This document shows, piece by piece, positions 14,357 through 22,946 of a DNA stretch of 64,000 nt. The DNA is from an uncultured delta proteobacterium (GTDB taxonomy: Bacteria; Myxococcota_A; Polyangia; Polyangiales; Houyiibacteriaceae): NCBI GenBank assembly GCA_963786865.1, contig CAWBAV010000006.1, positions 299,837-363,836 on the forward strand, read 5' to 3'. How positions within the stretch are numbered: position 1 is the first letter of the stretch; each line of letters begins with the position of its first letter. The notes beneath the pieces are model-generated. The model worked only from the letters and a program-made list of their open reading frames with translations, searched no databases and had not been told where the DNA came from. The position numbers and the translations under genes were made by a program.

Positions 14357-15723
14357 GTGTTAAGGTGCGCGCCCGTGAAGCGATTTCGGCGTCTTTTCAT
14401 CGCGAACCGTGGCGAGGTTGCCGCACGTGTCGCTCGGACATGCGATGCGATGGGCATCACGCCCGTCTTTGGCGTGTCGGATGCTGATCGCGACGCGCCG
14501 TACCTGCGAGGTCGGGAGTCCATAGTGCTTGGCCCGGCGAGATCGAGCGAGAGTTATCTCGCACGCGAGCGTATCGTGCAGGCGGCCGTTCAAGCTCAGT
14601 GCAGCGCCCTTCACCCGGGCTGGGGGTTTCTGGCGGAAGATCCGCTCTTTGCCTCTCTCTGTGAGGCGCATGGTGTGACGTTCATCGGACCGCCCTCCGC
14701 CGTCATGGCGAAGCTCGGTCGGAAGACGCCGGCCAAAGCAGCGATGGCCGCGGCTGGGTTGAAGCTCATTCCGGGGAGCGACGGGGTGCTGCTGGACGTC
14801 CAGCAGGCGCAGGAGATGGCGGCCGAGACAGGTTTTCCGATCCTCTTGAAAGCCGAGAGTGGTGGAGGCGGCCGAGGGATGCGCATCGTCCGGAAAGCGG
14901 CCGACTTGAAGGAGGCGTACGATTCCGCGCAGTCCGAGTCCCTGGCTTGCTTTGCCGACGACCGCCTCTACCTCGAGAAGCTGATCGAAGGCGGGCGGCA
15001 CATCGAGATTCAACTGCTCGCGGACAAGTATGGAAACGTCGTCCATCTGGGAGAGCGGGACTGCTCGGTGCAGCGCAAGCACCAGAAACTAATCGAGGAG
15101 TCGCCGGCCCTGGTTCTGAGCGCAGCGGAGCGCGAAAACACGCTCGCTGCGGCCGTTCGAGCTGCGCGCGCGATCGGCTACGTCGGCGCCGGCACGATGG
15201 AGTTCCTGCTCGACGAAGGTGGCGAGCTCCGATTCATGGAGATGAATGCGCGACTTCAAGTGGAGCATCCGGTTTCCGAGATGCGAACGGGCGTCGACCT
15301 GGTCGAGGCTCAGATCCGCATTGCAGGCGGGGAGCCGCTTTCGTTCTCGCAGGAAGACATCGAGTTCCGGGGACATGCGATCGAGTGCCGCATCAATGCG
15401 GAGGATCCATCGAACGGGTTCGCCCCGAGTCCGGGCGTCATCGAACGGTGGAAGGTCGCAGTCACTGGAGACGAACAGGTGCGCGTCGATACTCACGTCG
15501 AATCCGGATACGAGGTTCCGCCCCACTACGACAGCCTGATCTGCAAGGTGATCGCCTGGGGTGCGGATCGGGATGCGGCCTGCGATCGTTTGTCGGAGGC
15601 CTTGAAGAGCATCCGTTGCGATGGCATTTCGACGACGATACCCATGCACCTTGCGGTCCTGAGCTCGGAGGAGTTTCGCGAGAACCGGTACGACACGCGC
15701 GCCGTACCAGGGTGGGAGAGCTG

Positions 15724-15724
<1 letters not shown>
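14357..15724 (+). CDS. Biotin carboxylase subunit of an acyl-CoA carboxylase
   Basis: Observed motifs: [76 protein letters not shown]. The likely start is the GTG at 14375 ([14 protein letters not shown]). Confidence 0.9.
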
Positions 15725-17450
<1,726 letters not shown>

Positions 17451-17454
<4 letters not shown>

Positions 17455-18041
17455 GCGGCAACGCCTACGTCTTGCGGGCGCGGTTCGGGGAAGCCGGCAC
17501 GAGTCAGCTTCTGGCGCCGACGGTTGGCGTGTTCACCGCTCGGGTTCGTGAAGGAGAGCTCGTTTCCGCCGGGCAGGTGCTGGGGTCGATCGACGTTCTC
17601 GGCGTGCTGAGCGAGCTCCGCGCTCCCGAAGGTGTAGCCGGACGCGTCACGAGTCGAATAGGTGGCGCACGCACGCGGATTCCCGTTCAGTTTGGCGATC
17701 CGCTCTTCGCGATCTCGACGTCTTCGATGGCTCCGGTTGCCAAGTCGGGCGTGGTCGGCGGCGAGAGCTCCTCAGCCGCCCTTTCGTTTACTGCACCCAT
17801 GAGCGGCCGCTTCTACAGCCGGCCATCTCCAAGCGATCCACCATTCGTATCGGCGGGTGACATCGTCCAACGCGGTCAGACGATCGGCCTGCTCGAGGTG
17901 ATGAAGACCTTCAATCGGCTCGTGTACCAAGGAGAGGCTCTTCCTGAGCGAGCGCTGGTGGTGAAGATAGTCCCGGGCGAGGGTGACGACGTCGTTCGCG
18001 GGGATCTGATCCTGGCGCTCGGCTCGTCGACGAAGACCTGA
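17451..18041 (+). CDS. Biotin carboxyl carrier protein with a degenerate first lipoyl-like domain
   Basis: ATGA overlap with the CT gene. The C-terminal domain has [16 protein letters not shown] (biotinyl-Lys motif). The N-terminal domain, [21 protein letters not shown], has the same fold signature but no Lys. Confidence 0.8.
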
Positions 18042-18057
18042 AGCGCGGAGAGGCGAA

Positions 18058-19008
18058 ATGGGTAGGGCCTCATTGCTTCTCTTGCTGGTACTGAGCTCGT
18101 GTCGGACGCCGGGCCCGTCGACCGTGGCGGGCGATGTCAGTGAGATCAAGGGCTTCGTGTTCAAGCACGGGGGAATCGTGCGTTCGGTGGGCGTCTTCGA
18201 CCCGAGGCGGCCCGAGGAGATCGGGCTTCGACCGCTCGTCTTGGTCTTGCACGGTGGCCTCGGAGACGACGACGATACCGTGGTGCTCCGCTTTGGAAAG
18301 CTCAATCGCCTTGCAGCCGAGGATGATTTTCTGGTTGTCTATCCCCAAGGCCTTGGCGGACATTGGAACGACGGACGGGACGTGGAACGCTACGTCGCTC
18401 ACCGTGAGCGCGTCGACGACGTGGGCTTCTTGGCGTCCTTGATCGACGACCTGGTGGAGAAGCGCAACGTCGACGCCAACGCCGTGTTCATCGTCGGCGT
18501 GTCCGACGGCGCGATGATGGCGCATCGCTTCGCCTGTGAGCGCAGCGCAAAGCTCCGCGGTTTCACGGCGGTCGTCGGCGCGATGCCCTACAACGTCGCG
18601 CGCCGGTGGGCCCGATGCGGCAAGGACACGCTCTCGGTCTTGATGATCAACGGTACCGAGGATCCGATCGTTCCCTGGGAGGGCGGCTCAGTCACGTTCG
18701 ACGGACAGGAGCTCGGCAAGGTTCTTTCCGCCGAGCGCACGTTCGAGCTCTGGAGCCGGCACGACGGCTGCAAGGACGTCGCCATCACGATGATCCCCGA
18801 CTTCGTTCCGAGCGATGGCACTCGAATCGAAAGACGGCAGGCGATCGAGTGCCGCGACGGCAGCAAGGTCGAGCTCTTCGCCGTGCAGGGTGCAGGGCAC
18901 ACTTGGCCGTCCGGATGGCAATATCTTCCGGAGCACATGGTGGGCGCAACGAGCCGAGACATCGACGCGGCAATTGCTGCCTGGCGTTTCTTCCAGAGCA
19001 CGCTCTAG
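18058..19008 (+). CDS. LpqC/PHB-depolymerase-family esterase (lipoprotein)
   Basis: Signal and lipobox LLLLLVLSSC. Other matches: LVLVLHGG, VDDVGF, GVSDGAMMA (GxSxG), GTEDPIVPW, GAGHTWP. Confidence 0.7.
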   Translation: MGRASLLLLLVLSSCRTPGPSTVAGDVSEIKGFVFKHGGIVRSVGVFDPRRPEEIGLRPLVLVLHGGLGDDDDTVVLRFGKLNRLAAEDDFLVVYPQGLGGHWNDGRDVERYVAHRERVDDVGFLASLIDDLVEKRNVDANAVFIVGVSDGAMMAHRFACERSAKLRGFTAVVGAMPYNVARRWARCGKDTLSVLMINGTEDPIVPWEGGSVTFDGQELGKVLSAERTFELWSRHDGCKDVAITMIPDFVPSDGTRIERRQAIECRDGSKVELFAVQGAGHTWPSGWQYLPEHMVGATSRDIDAAIAAWRFFQSTL

Positions 19009-19038
19009 CGTCGTGCGTGAGGGTGCTAGACTGCACCC

Positions 19039-20226
19039 ATGCTGGCCCCGAAGCTCGGCGATCGCAGCCTATTTCCGGACCTCGAAGCGAGAGCGTACCT
19101 CGCACACGCGGCGATTTCGCCGCTTTCGCGTCCCGTTTGCGAACGCATCGCAGACGTTACGCAAGACTACGCGAGAGGCGGCATGGCGGGCTTCCTGCGC
19201 TGGGCGCCGCGGCTGAAAGAGGTGCGGAGCGGGTTCGCCCGATTGATCGGGGCCGCCCCGAACGAGATCGCGTTTGTCGCCAACACCACACAGGGCGTCA
19301 TCGACATCGCGTTCGGGCTTCCCTGGAAAAAGGGCGACCGCGTCCTGCTCTTCGATGGTGAGTTTCCGGCAAACGTCACGCCCTGGCAGCAAGCCGCCAA
19401 AGAGTTTGGTCTGGAGCTCTGCTGGCTCTCACTCGATGCGTTTCAACTCTCGATCGATGAAGGCCTCGCGGAGCTCGAGGGCGCGCTCGACCTAGGTGTT
19501 CGCCTAGTCGCGGTGAGTGCGGTCCAATACAAGACGGGGCTTCGCATGCCGCTCGCCGAGATGGCCGCGCTTTGCCACCGATATGGTGCTGAGATCTTCG
19601 TCGATGCGATTCAAGCGCTCGGAGCGACGCCTGTCGATGTCGCTTCGGGCATCGATTATCTCAGCTCCGGTAGCCACAAGCATCTGATGGGCGCCGAGGG
19701 GGCGGGCTTTTTGTATGTGGCCGAGCGCTGCGCCGACACGTTGCAACCGAGGCTCGCCGGCTGGCTCGGCCACGAAGACCCCGTCGCGTTCCTCGTGGGT
19801 GATGGCCCTCGACTCCGATACGACACTCCTCTGCTACACGGCGCTCCGGCCCTCGAAATCGGCACCAGCAATGTGATCGGTCTAGCCGCGGTGGGAGCAT
19901 CCATCGAGTTGCTCGAACAGCTCGGCGTGCCGCGGATCCACGCGCATGTCGGCGGCTATCTCGACGCGCTCGAATCCGGGCTCGTCGAGCTCGGCTTTCA
20001 GAGCCATCGCGCCACGGCGCCGGAGCTGCGTTCCACTCTCCTCAGCGTGACCGTTCCCGAAGACCTGCGACTCTCGAAGCTCGCGGCCGCGCTCAGGCAC
20101 GAGGGGGTGGTTTGCAATACGCCCGACGGTCTCATGCGCTTTGCCCCGCACTGGCCGAATGCGCACGATGAGGTTCCCACCGTTCTCGGTGCCGTGGAGC
20201 GGGCACTGGCCGAGCTTCGGACATGA
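19039..20226 (+). CDS. Class V aminotransferase / cysteine-desulfurase-like PLP enzyme
   Basis: 395 aa. FVDAIQALG...DYLSSGSHKHLMG (PLP lysine) shows the fold-type I class V pattern. Confidence 0.75.
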   Translation: MLAPKLGDRSLFPDLEARAYLAHAAISPLSRPVCERIADVTQDYARGGMAGFLRWAPRLKEVRSGFARLIGAAPNEIAFVANTTQGVIDIAFGLPWKKGDRVLLFDGEFPANVTPWQQAAKEFGLELCWLSLDAFQLSIDEGLAELEGALDLGVRLVAVSAVQYKTGLRMPLAEMAALCHRYGAEIFVDAIQALGATPVDVASGIDYLSSGSHKHLMGAEGAGFLYVAERCADTLQPRLAGWLGHEDPVAFLVGDGPRLRYDTPLLHGAPALEIGTSNVIGLAAVGASIELLEQLGVPRIHAHVGGYLDALESGLVELGFQSHRATAPELRSTLLSVTVPEDLRLSKLAAALRHEGVVCNTPDGLMRFAPHWPNAHDEVPTVLGAVERALAELRT

Positions 20227-20241
20227 ACCTAGGCTGGCACG

Positions 20242-20763
20242 ATGGCGGCTCAAAGCGACCGAAGCTTCTGGATCTTCAACGCGGCGGTTTCGAGTGCTGC
20301 CGTCGGGTTCCTCGGCTGGCTTCTGCTCATTCGTGAAGGCGGCGGCGTCGACGCAGACCTCGGTTTCATGCCCGGCGTGAACGCAGCGCTCAACGCCGCC
20401 GCCGCCTCCTTGCTGCTTCTCGGGCTGGCCGCGATCCGAAGCGGGCGCCGGGCAGTCCACAAGCGACTGATGGTTTCAGCGTTTGCCGCCTCGACCGTGT
20501 TCCTAGTGGGATATGTTCTTTACCACTACGTGCACGGCGACACTCCGTACCAGGGGGTCGGAACGATTCGCACCATCTACTTCACGATCCTGATCACCCA
20601 CGTTCTTCTGTCGATCGTGATGCTCCCGATGATTTTGACGACGTTCTATTTCGCGGCGCGTGAGCGCTTTGCAGCGCACAAGAAGCTCGCGAGGTGGACG
20701 CTACCGATCTGGCTCTACGTGTCGGTGACGGGTGTGATCATCTACTTCATGCTGCGCCCGTAG
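20242..20763 (+). CDS. DUF420-family membrane protein
   Basis: 173 aa with four TM helices and conserved His residues (VHKRLM, ILITHVLLS), as in DUF420/CtaM-like proteins. Confidence 0.6.
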   Translation: MAAQSDRSFWIFNAAVSSAAVGFLGWLLLIREGGGVDADLGFMPGVNAALNAAAASLLLLGLAAIRSGRRAVHKRLMVSAFAASTVFLVGYVLYHYVHGDTPYQGVGTIRTIYFTILITHVLLSIVMLPMILTTFYFAARERFAAHKKLARWTLPIWLYVSVTGVIIYFMLRP

Positions 20764-20770
20764 GAGTGCT

Positions 20771-20840
20771 CGTGTCCGTGACAGCGCCAGTGTCAGGGCC
20801 AGTGTCAGCGTCAGCGCCGGTGCCAGCGTCCGTGTCGGCG
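20771..20840 (+). repeat. CAGYGY-type hexanucleotide array (about 11 units)
   Basis: cgtgtc cgtgac agcgcc agtgtc agggcc agtgtc agcgtc agcgcc ggtgcc agcgtc cgtgtc. It starts 8 nt after the DUF420 stop. Confidence 0.8.
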
Positions 20841-20960
20841 ACTGTTGTTCCGGACGCACATCGTGCGTCTGGGGCACGCCCTTCCTTGTAAGATCCTCTG
20901 CGGTTTGCTGGTGCAGCAGCTGGCCCGGATCTTGCTTCGTTTTTCGGGCAGGATTTTGCC

Positions 20961-21440
20961 GTGAACGTCCGCGTACATTCTTTTTCGATTTACGCACTAG
21001 GGGCCGCTTTGCTCGGGCCATCCTCCCTGGGACTTGCGCAGGCCGCCCGATCCACGGAAGCACCACGATCGTCGATCGCGTACGCAGGGGATGAGCTCGC
21101 CTTTACGTCGACCACCGAGGACGTCGAGCATTCGCTGCATCGAGCCACGAAGAAGGTTCGCCGTGCCGGTGTTGGCCTAGGACTGTCGCTGGCGGCTGTT
21201 CCGGTGGGCGCCGCTCTGATCACGAAAGGCATGCAACGGAGTGTCGCTGCCTCTGCCGACGACGGTGACGCAATGCTCCTCGCCGGAATGGTGACGGCGA
21301 TCGGCGGCTTGGTCGGAGTCGTCGCGAGCGGCGCGGTTCTCGCCCCGGCCCGGCGAGACAAACGCCGTCTCCAAATGGCCCTCGCACCTACGACCCTGCG
21401 CCTCGGACCCGGCTCTGTAGCGATTGCCCATCGGTTCTAA
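20961..21440 (+). CDS. Hypothetical secreted/membrane protein
   Basis: GTG start. The signal-like N-terminus is FSIYALGAALLGPSSLGLAQA. Two Gly/Ala-rich TM segments follow. I recognised no homology. Confidence 0.4.
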   Translation: MNVRVHSFSIYALGAALLGPSSLGLAQAARSTEAPRSSIAYAGDELAFTSTTEDVEHSLHRATKKVRRAGVGLGLSLAAVPVGAALITKGMQRSVAASADDGDAMLLAGMVTAIGGLVGVVASGAVLAPARRDKRRLQMALAPTTLRLGPGSVAIAHRF

Positions 21441-21480
21441 ACGGCGGCAGTGTCTCTGAGTCGATATCTACGTAGGGGAG

Positions 21481-21585
21481 CGGCTCGGGATGGGCAGCAC
21501 AGCGATTGGGCGGGAGGCGAGACGTACGGAGTCGTAGAGAGACGGCCGAGCGGGCCCCAATCGCGAGCACGCCCGTCGCGAGCCG
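21481..21585 (+). repeat. 105-nt imperfect-palindromic intergenic element, copy A
   Basis: 102/105 identical to 22809..22913. The terminal arms are mutually complementary. It lies 96 nt upstream of the yeaQ-like ATG. Confidence 0.9.
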
Positions 21586-21681
21586 CCCCCCGGTGTGAAG
21601 CATGACGTTCGACCCGTTGGACCTGGGAATTCTTTACCCGTGGCTCGGTTTGTTCGACACTTCGCCCCAAGGAGAGCCTCG

Positions 21682-21933
21682 ATGGGAATCGTTTCGTGGA
21701 TTGTGTTCGGATTGATCGCTGGCTTGCTGGCCAAGTTCATCATGCCGGGCGATGACTCGGGTGGCTTCATCAAGACGACCGTGATCGGTGTCGTGGGCGC
21801 GCTCATCGGCGGCTACATCGGCACGCGGCTCGGCTTCGGCACCGTCACCGGATTCAACCTGCGCAGTCTCGCGATCGCCAGCGCAGGAGCGCTGATCGTG
21901 TTGTGGGTCTATCGGTTGGTGAAGAAGAACTGA
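21682..21933 (+). CDS. GlsB/YeaQ/YmgE-family (transglycosylase-associated) small membrane protein
   Basis: The ATG at 21682 follows aaggagag. MGIVSWIVFGLIAGLLAKFIMPG...GFIKTTVIGVVGALIGGYIG is the family signature. Confidence 0.8.
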   Translation: MGIVSWIVFGLIAGLLAKFIMPGDDSGGFIKTTVIGVVGALIGGYIGTRLGFGTVTGFNLRSLAIASAGALIVLWVYRLVKKN

Positions 21934-21950
21934 GCCCCCCGCGCCCCGAT

Positions 21951-22040
21951 CGTGCCAGCGCTAGCGCTAGCGCCAGTGGCAGTGTCAGCGTCAGTGTCAG
22001 CGCCAGTGCCAGAGATAGTGTCAGCGCCCACGTCCGTCTG
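21951..22040 (+). repeat. CAGYGY-type hexanucleotide array (about 15 units)
   Basis: cgtgcc agcgct agcgct agcgcc agtggc agtgtc agcgtc agtgtc agcgcc agtgcc agagat agtgtc agcgcc cacgtc cgtctg. It starts 18 nt after the yeaQ-like stop. It is preceded by ccgatcgtgcc, as is array 22923. Confidence 0.8.
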
Positions 22041-22058
22041 ACTCTTCTTTGTCATCGC

Positions 22059-22133
22059 GATCTCCTTTTCGCCTGTGTCTGGGGTCGGGCTTCGCCCTTT
22101 CGGGGAACCCCACACCCAGGCGAAAAGGAGATC
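22059..22133 (+). promoter_or_regulatory. Long hairpin sequestering the RBS of the four-helix-bundle gene
   Basis: The 27-nt arms 22059..22085 and 22107..22133 pair at 25/27 positions. The right arm contains AAGGAG (22125..22130), 7 nt before the ATG at 22138. Confidence 0.6.
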
Positions 22134-22137
22134 ACTC

Positions 22138-22464
22138 ATGCGACTCATCATTCAGCAACGGGCGCTCGAGGCAGCACGCGGGCTTCGGCAGGTGATGCCG
22201 GTCATCAAGAAGCGGGACCGGTCGCTCTTCGATCAGATCCATCGGGCGATGAATAGCGTCGTGCTCAACATCGCGGAGGCTGAAGGAAACGATCCCGGCA
22301 CGGCCAAGGCGCGCTTCGCGTCGGCCTGCGGGTCCGCCAAAGAAGTGCGGGCCGGCATCCAACTTGGAGTTGCATACGGCTACTTCCCGAGCGCAACAGT
22401 GAAATCCGTCGACACCGCGCTCGACGAAGTCTGCGCGATGTCGTGGCGGCTCTCGGGCCGCTAG
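22138..22464 (+). CDS. Four-helix-bundle protein (23S rRNA intervening-sequence protein family)
   Basis: 108 aa. DQIHRAMNSVVLNIAEAEGN...ARFASACGSAKEVRAGIQLGVAYGYF matches the TIGR02436/PF05635 pattern (NIAEG...GS..E). Confidence 0.8.
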   Translation: MRLIIQQRALEAARGLRQVMPVIKKRDRSLFDQIHRAMNSVVLNIAEAEGNDPGTAKARFASACGSAKEVRAGIQLGVAYGYFPSATVKSVDTALDEVCAMSWRLSGR

Positions 22465-22536
22465 ACACAGCCAAGGGCATCCGAGCCCTTGTCCCCGAAG
22501 ACCGCCGCTGTCCCCGCCACTGAAAGTGACGCGCGC

Positions 22537-22725
22537 AGGGGCACGGGCGAACGCGACGCGGGGTTCCGTCGAACGGCTCGGCTTGCAATTGTGGTCGGAT
22601 GCACTGGAGGGGTTGGACCACGCAAGCCTCGCCTCGGCGCTCACGCCAATCGGAGGTGGTTGCTCGCTTGCCGATTGTCATTCGCGACGTCGACTCCACC
22701 CCAGATCGCGTTCGCCCGTGCCCCT
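22537..22725. repeat. Perfect 20-bp inverted repeat pair separated by 149 bp
   Basis: aggggcacgggcgaacgcga (22537..22556) is the exact reverse complement of tcgcgttcgcccgtgcccct (22706..22725). Confidence 0.85.
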
Positions 22726-22730
22726 CCGTA

Positions 22731-22774
22731 CGGCAGTGTCACTCGCAGCGGCAGCGGCAGCGGCAGCGGCAGGG
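22731..22774 (+). repeat. Hexanucleotide array including four perfect CGGCAG units
   Basis: cggcag tgtcac tcgcag cggcag cggcag cggcag cggcag gg. Confidence 0.8.
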
Positions 22775-22808
22775 CCCGCGCGCGTGCATCGACGCGTACA
22801 AAGGAGGG

Positions 22809-22913
22809 CGGCTCGGGATGGGCAGCACAGCGATTGGGCGGGAGGCTAGACGTACGGAGTCGTAAAGAGACGGCCGAGCGGGACCCAATCGCGAGCACGC
22901 CCGTCGCGAGCCG
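22809..22913 (+). repeat. 105-nt imperfect-palindromic intergenic element, copy B
   Basis: 102/105 identical to copy A. It lies between the convergent four-helix-bundle and cstA genes. Confidence 0.9.
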
Positions 22914-22922
22914 TCCTCCGAT

Positions 22923-22946
22923 CGTGCCAGTGCCAGTGTCAGTGAA
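22923..22946 (+). repeat. CAGYGY-type hexanucleotide array (4 units) containing the cstA stop codon
   Basis: cgtgcc agtgcc agtgtc agtgaa. The cstA stop (tca on the + strand, 22939..22941) lies inside it. Confidence 0.6.

Noticed and set aside
14947-15723. 5' extensions of real genes in the ORF track (14947..15723 before the CT gene; likewise 52369..53160 before mepA, 40745..41140 before the TPR gene, 37096..37809 before tsaC, 59529..60134 before the deacetylase and 57864..58226 before the 56928 gene)
   Set aside because: Each extension lies inside, or antisense to, another conserved gene. The homologous protein begins at an internal start codon that is translationally coupled or preceded by an SD.
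21909-22055. 48-aa minus-strand ORF (MTKKSQTDVGADTISGTGADTDADT...) as a real acidic repeat peptide gene
   Set aside because: It has a good SD only because it mirrors the palindromic stem. Its body is the hexamer array read in one frame. The similar array at 20771..20840 has the same frame open but no start codon. It also ends antisense inside the yeaQ-like gene. I keep it as a note under the hairpin finding, not as a gene.
21481-22913. 105-nt palindromic elements as integron attC sites bracketing gene cassettes
   Set aside because: The size and imperfect-palindrome shape are attC-like, and the bracketed genes are cassette-sized. However, the ends lack the RYYYAAC / GTTRRRY core sites. No intI integrase or attI is in the window, and copy C sits alone in a gene leader.
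20771-22946. Hexamer arrays as a CRISPR array
   Set aside because: The units are 6 nt with no spacers. CRISPR repeats are 23-47 nt separated by unique spacers of similar length, and no cas genes are present.
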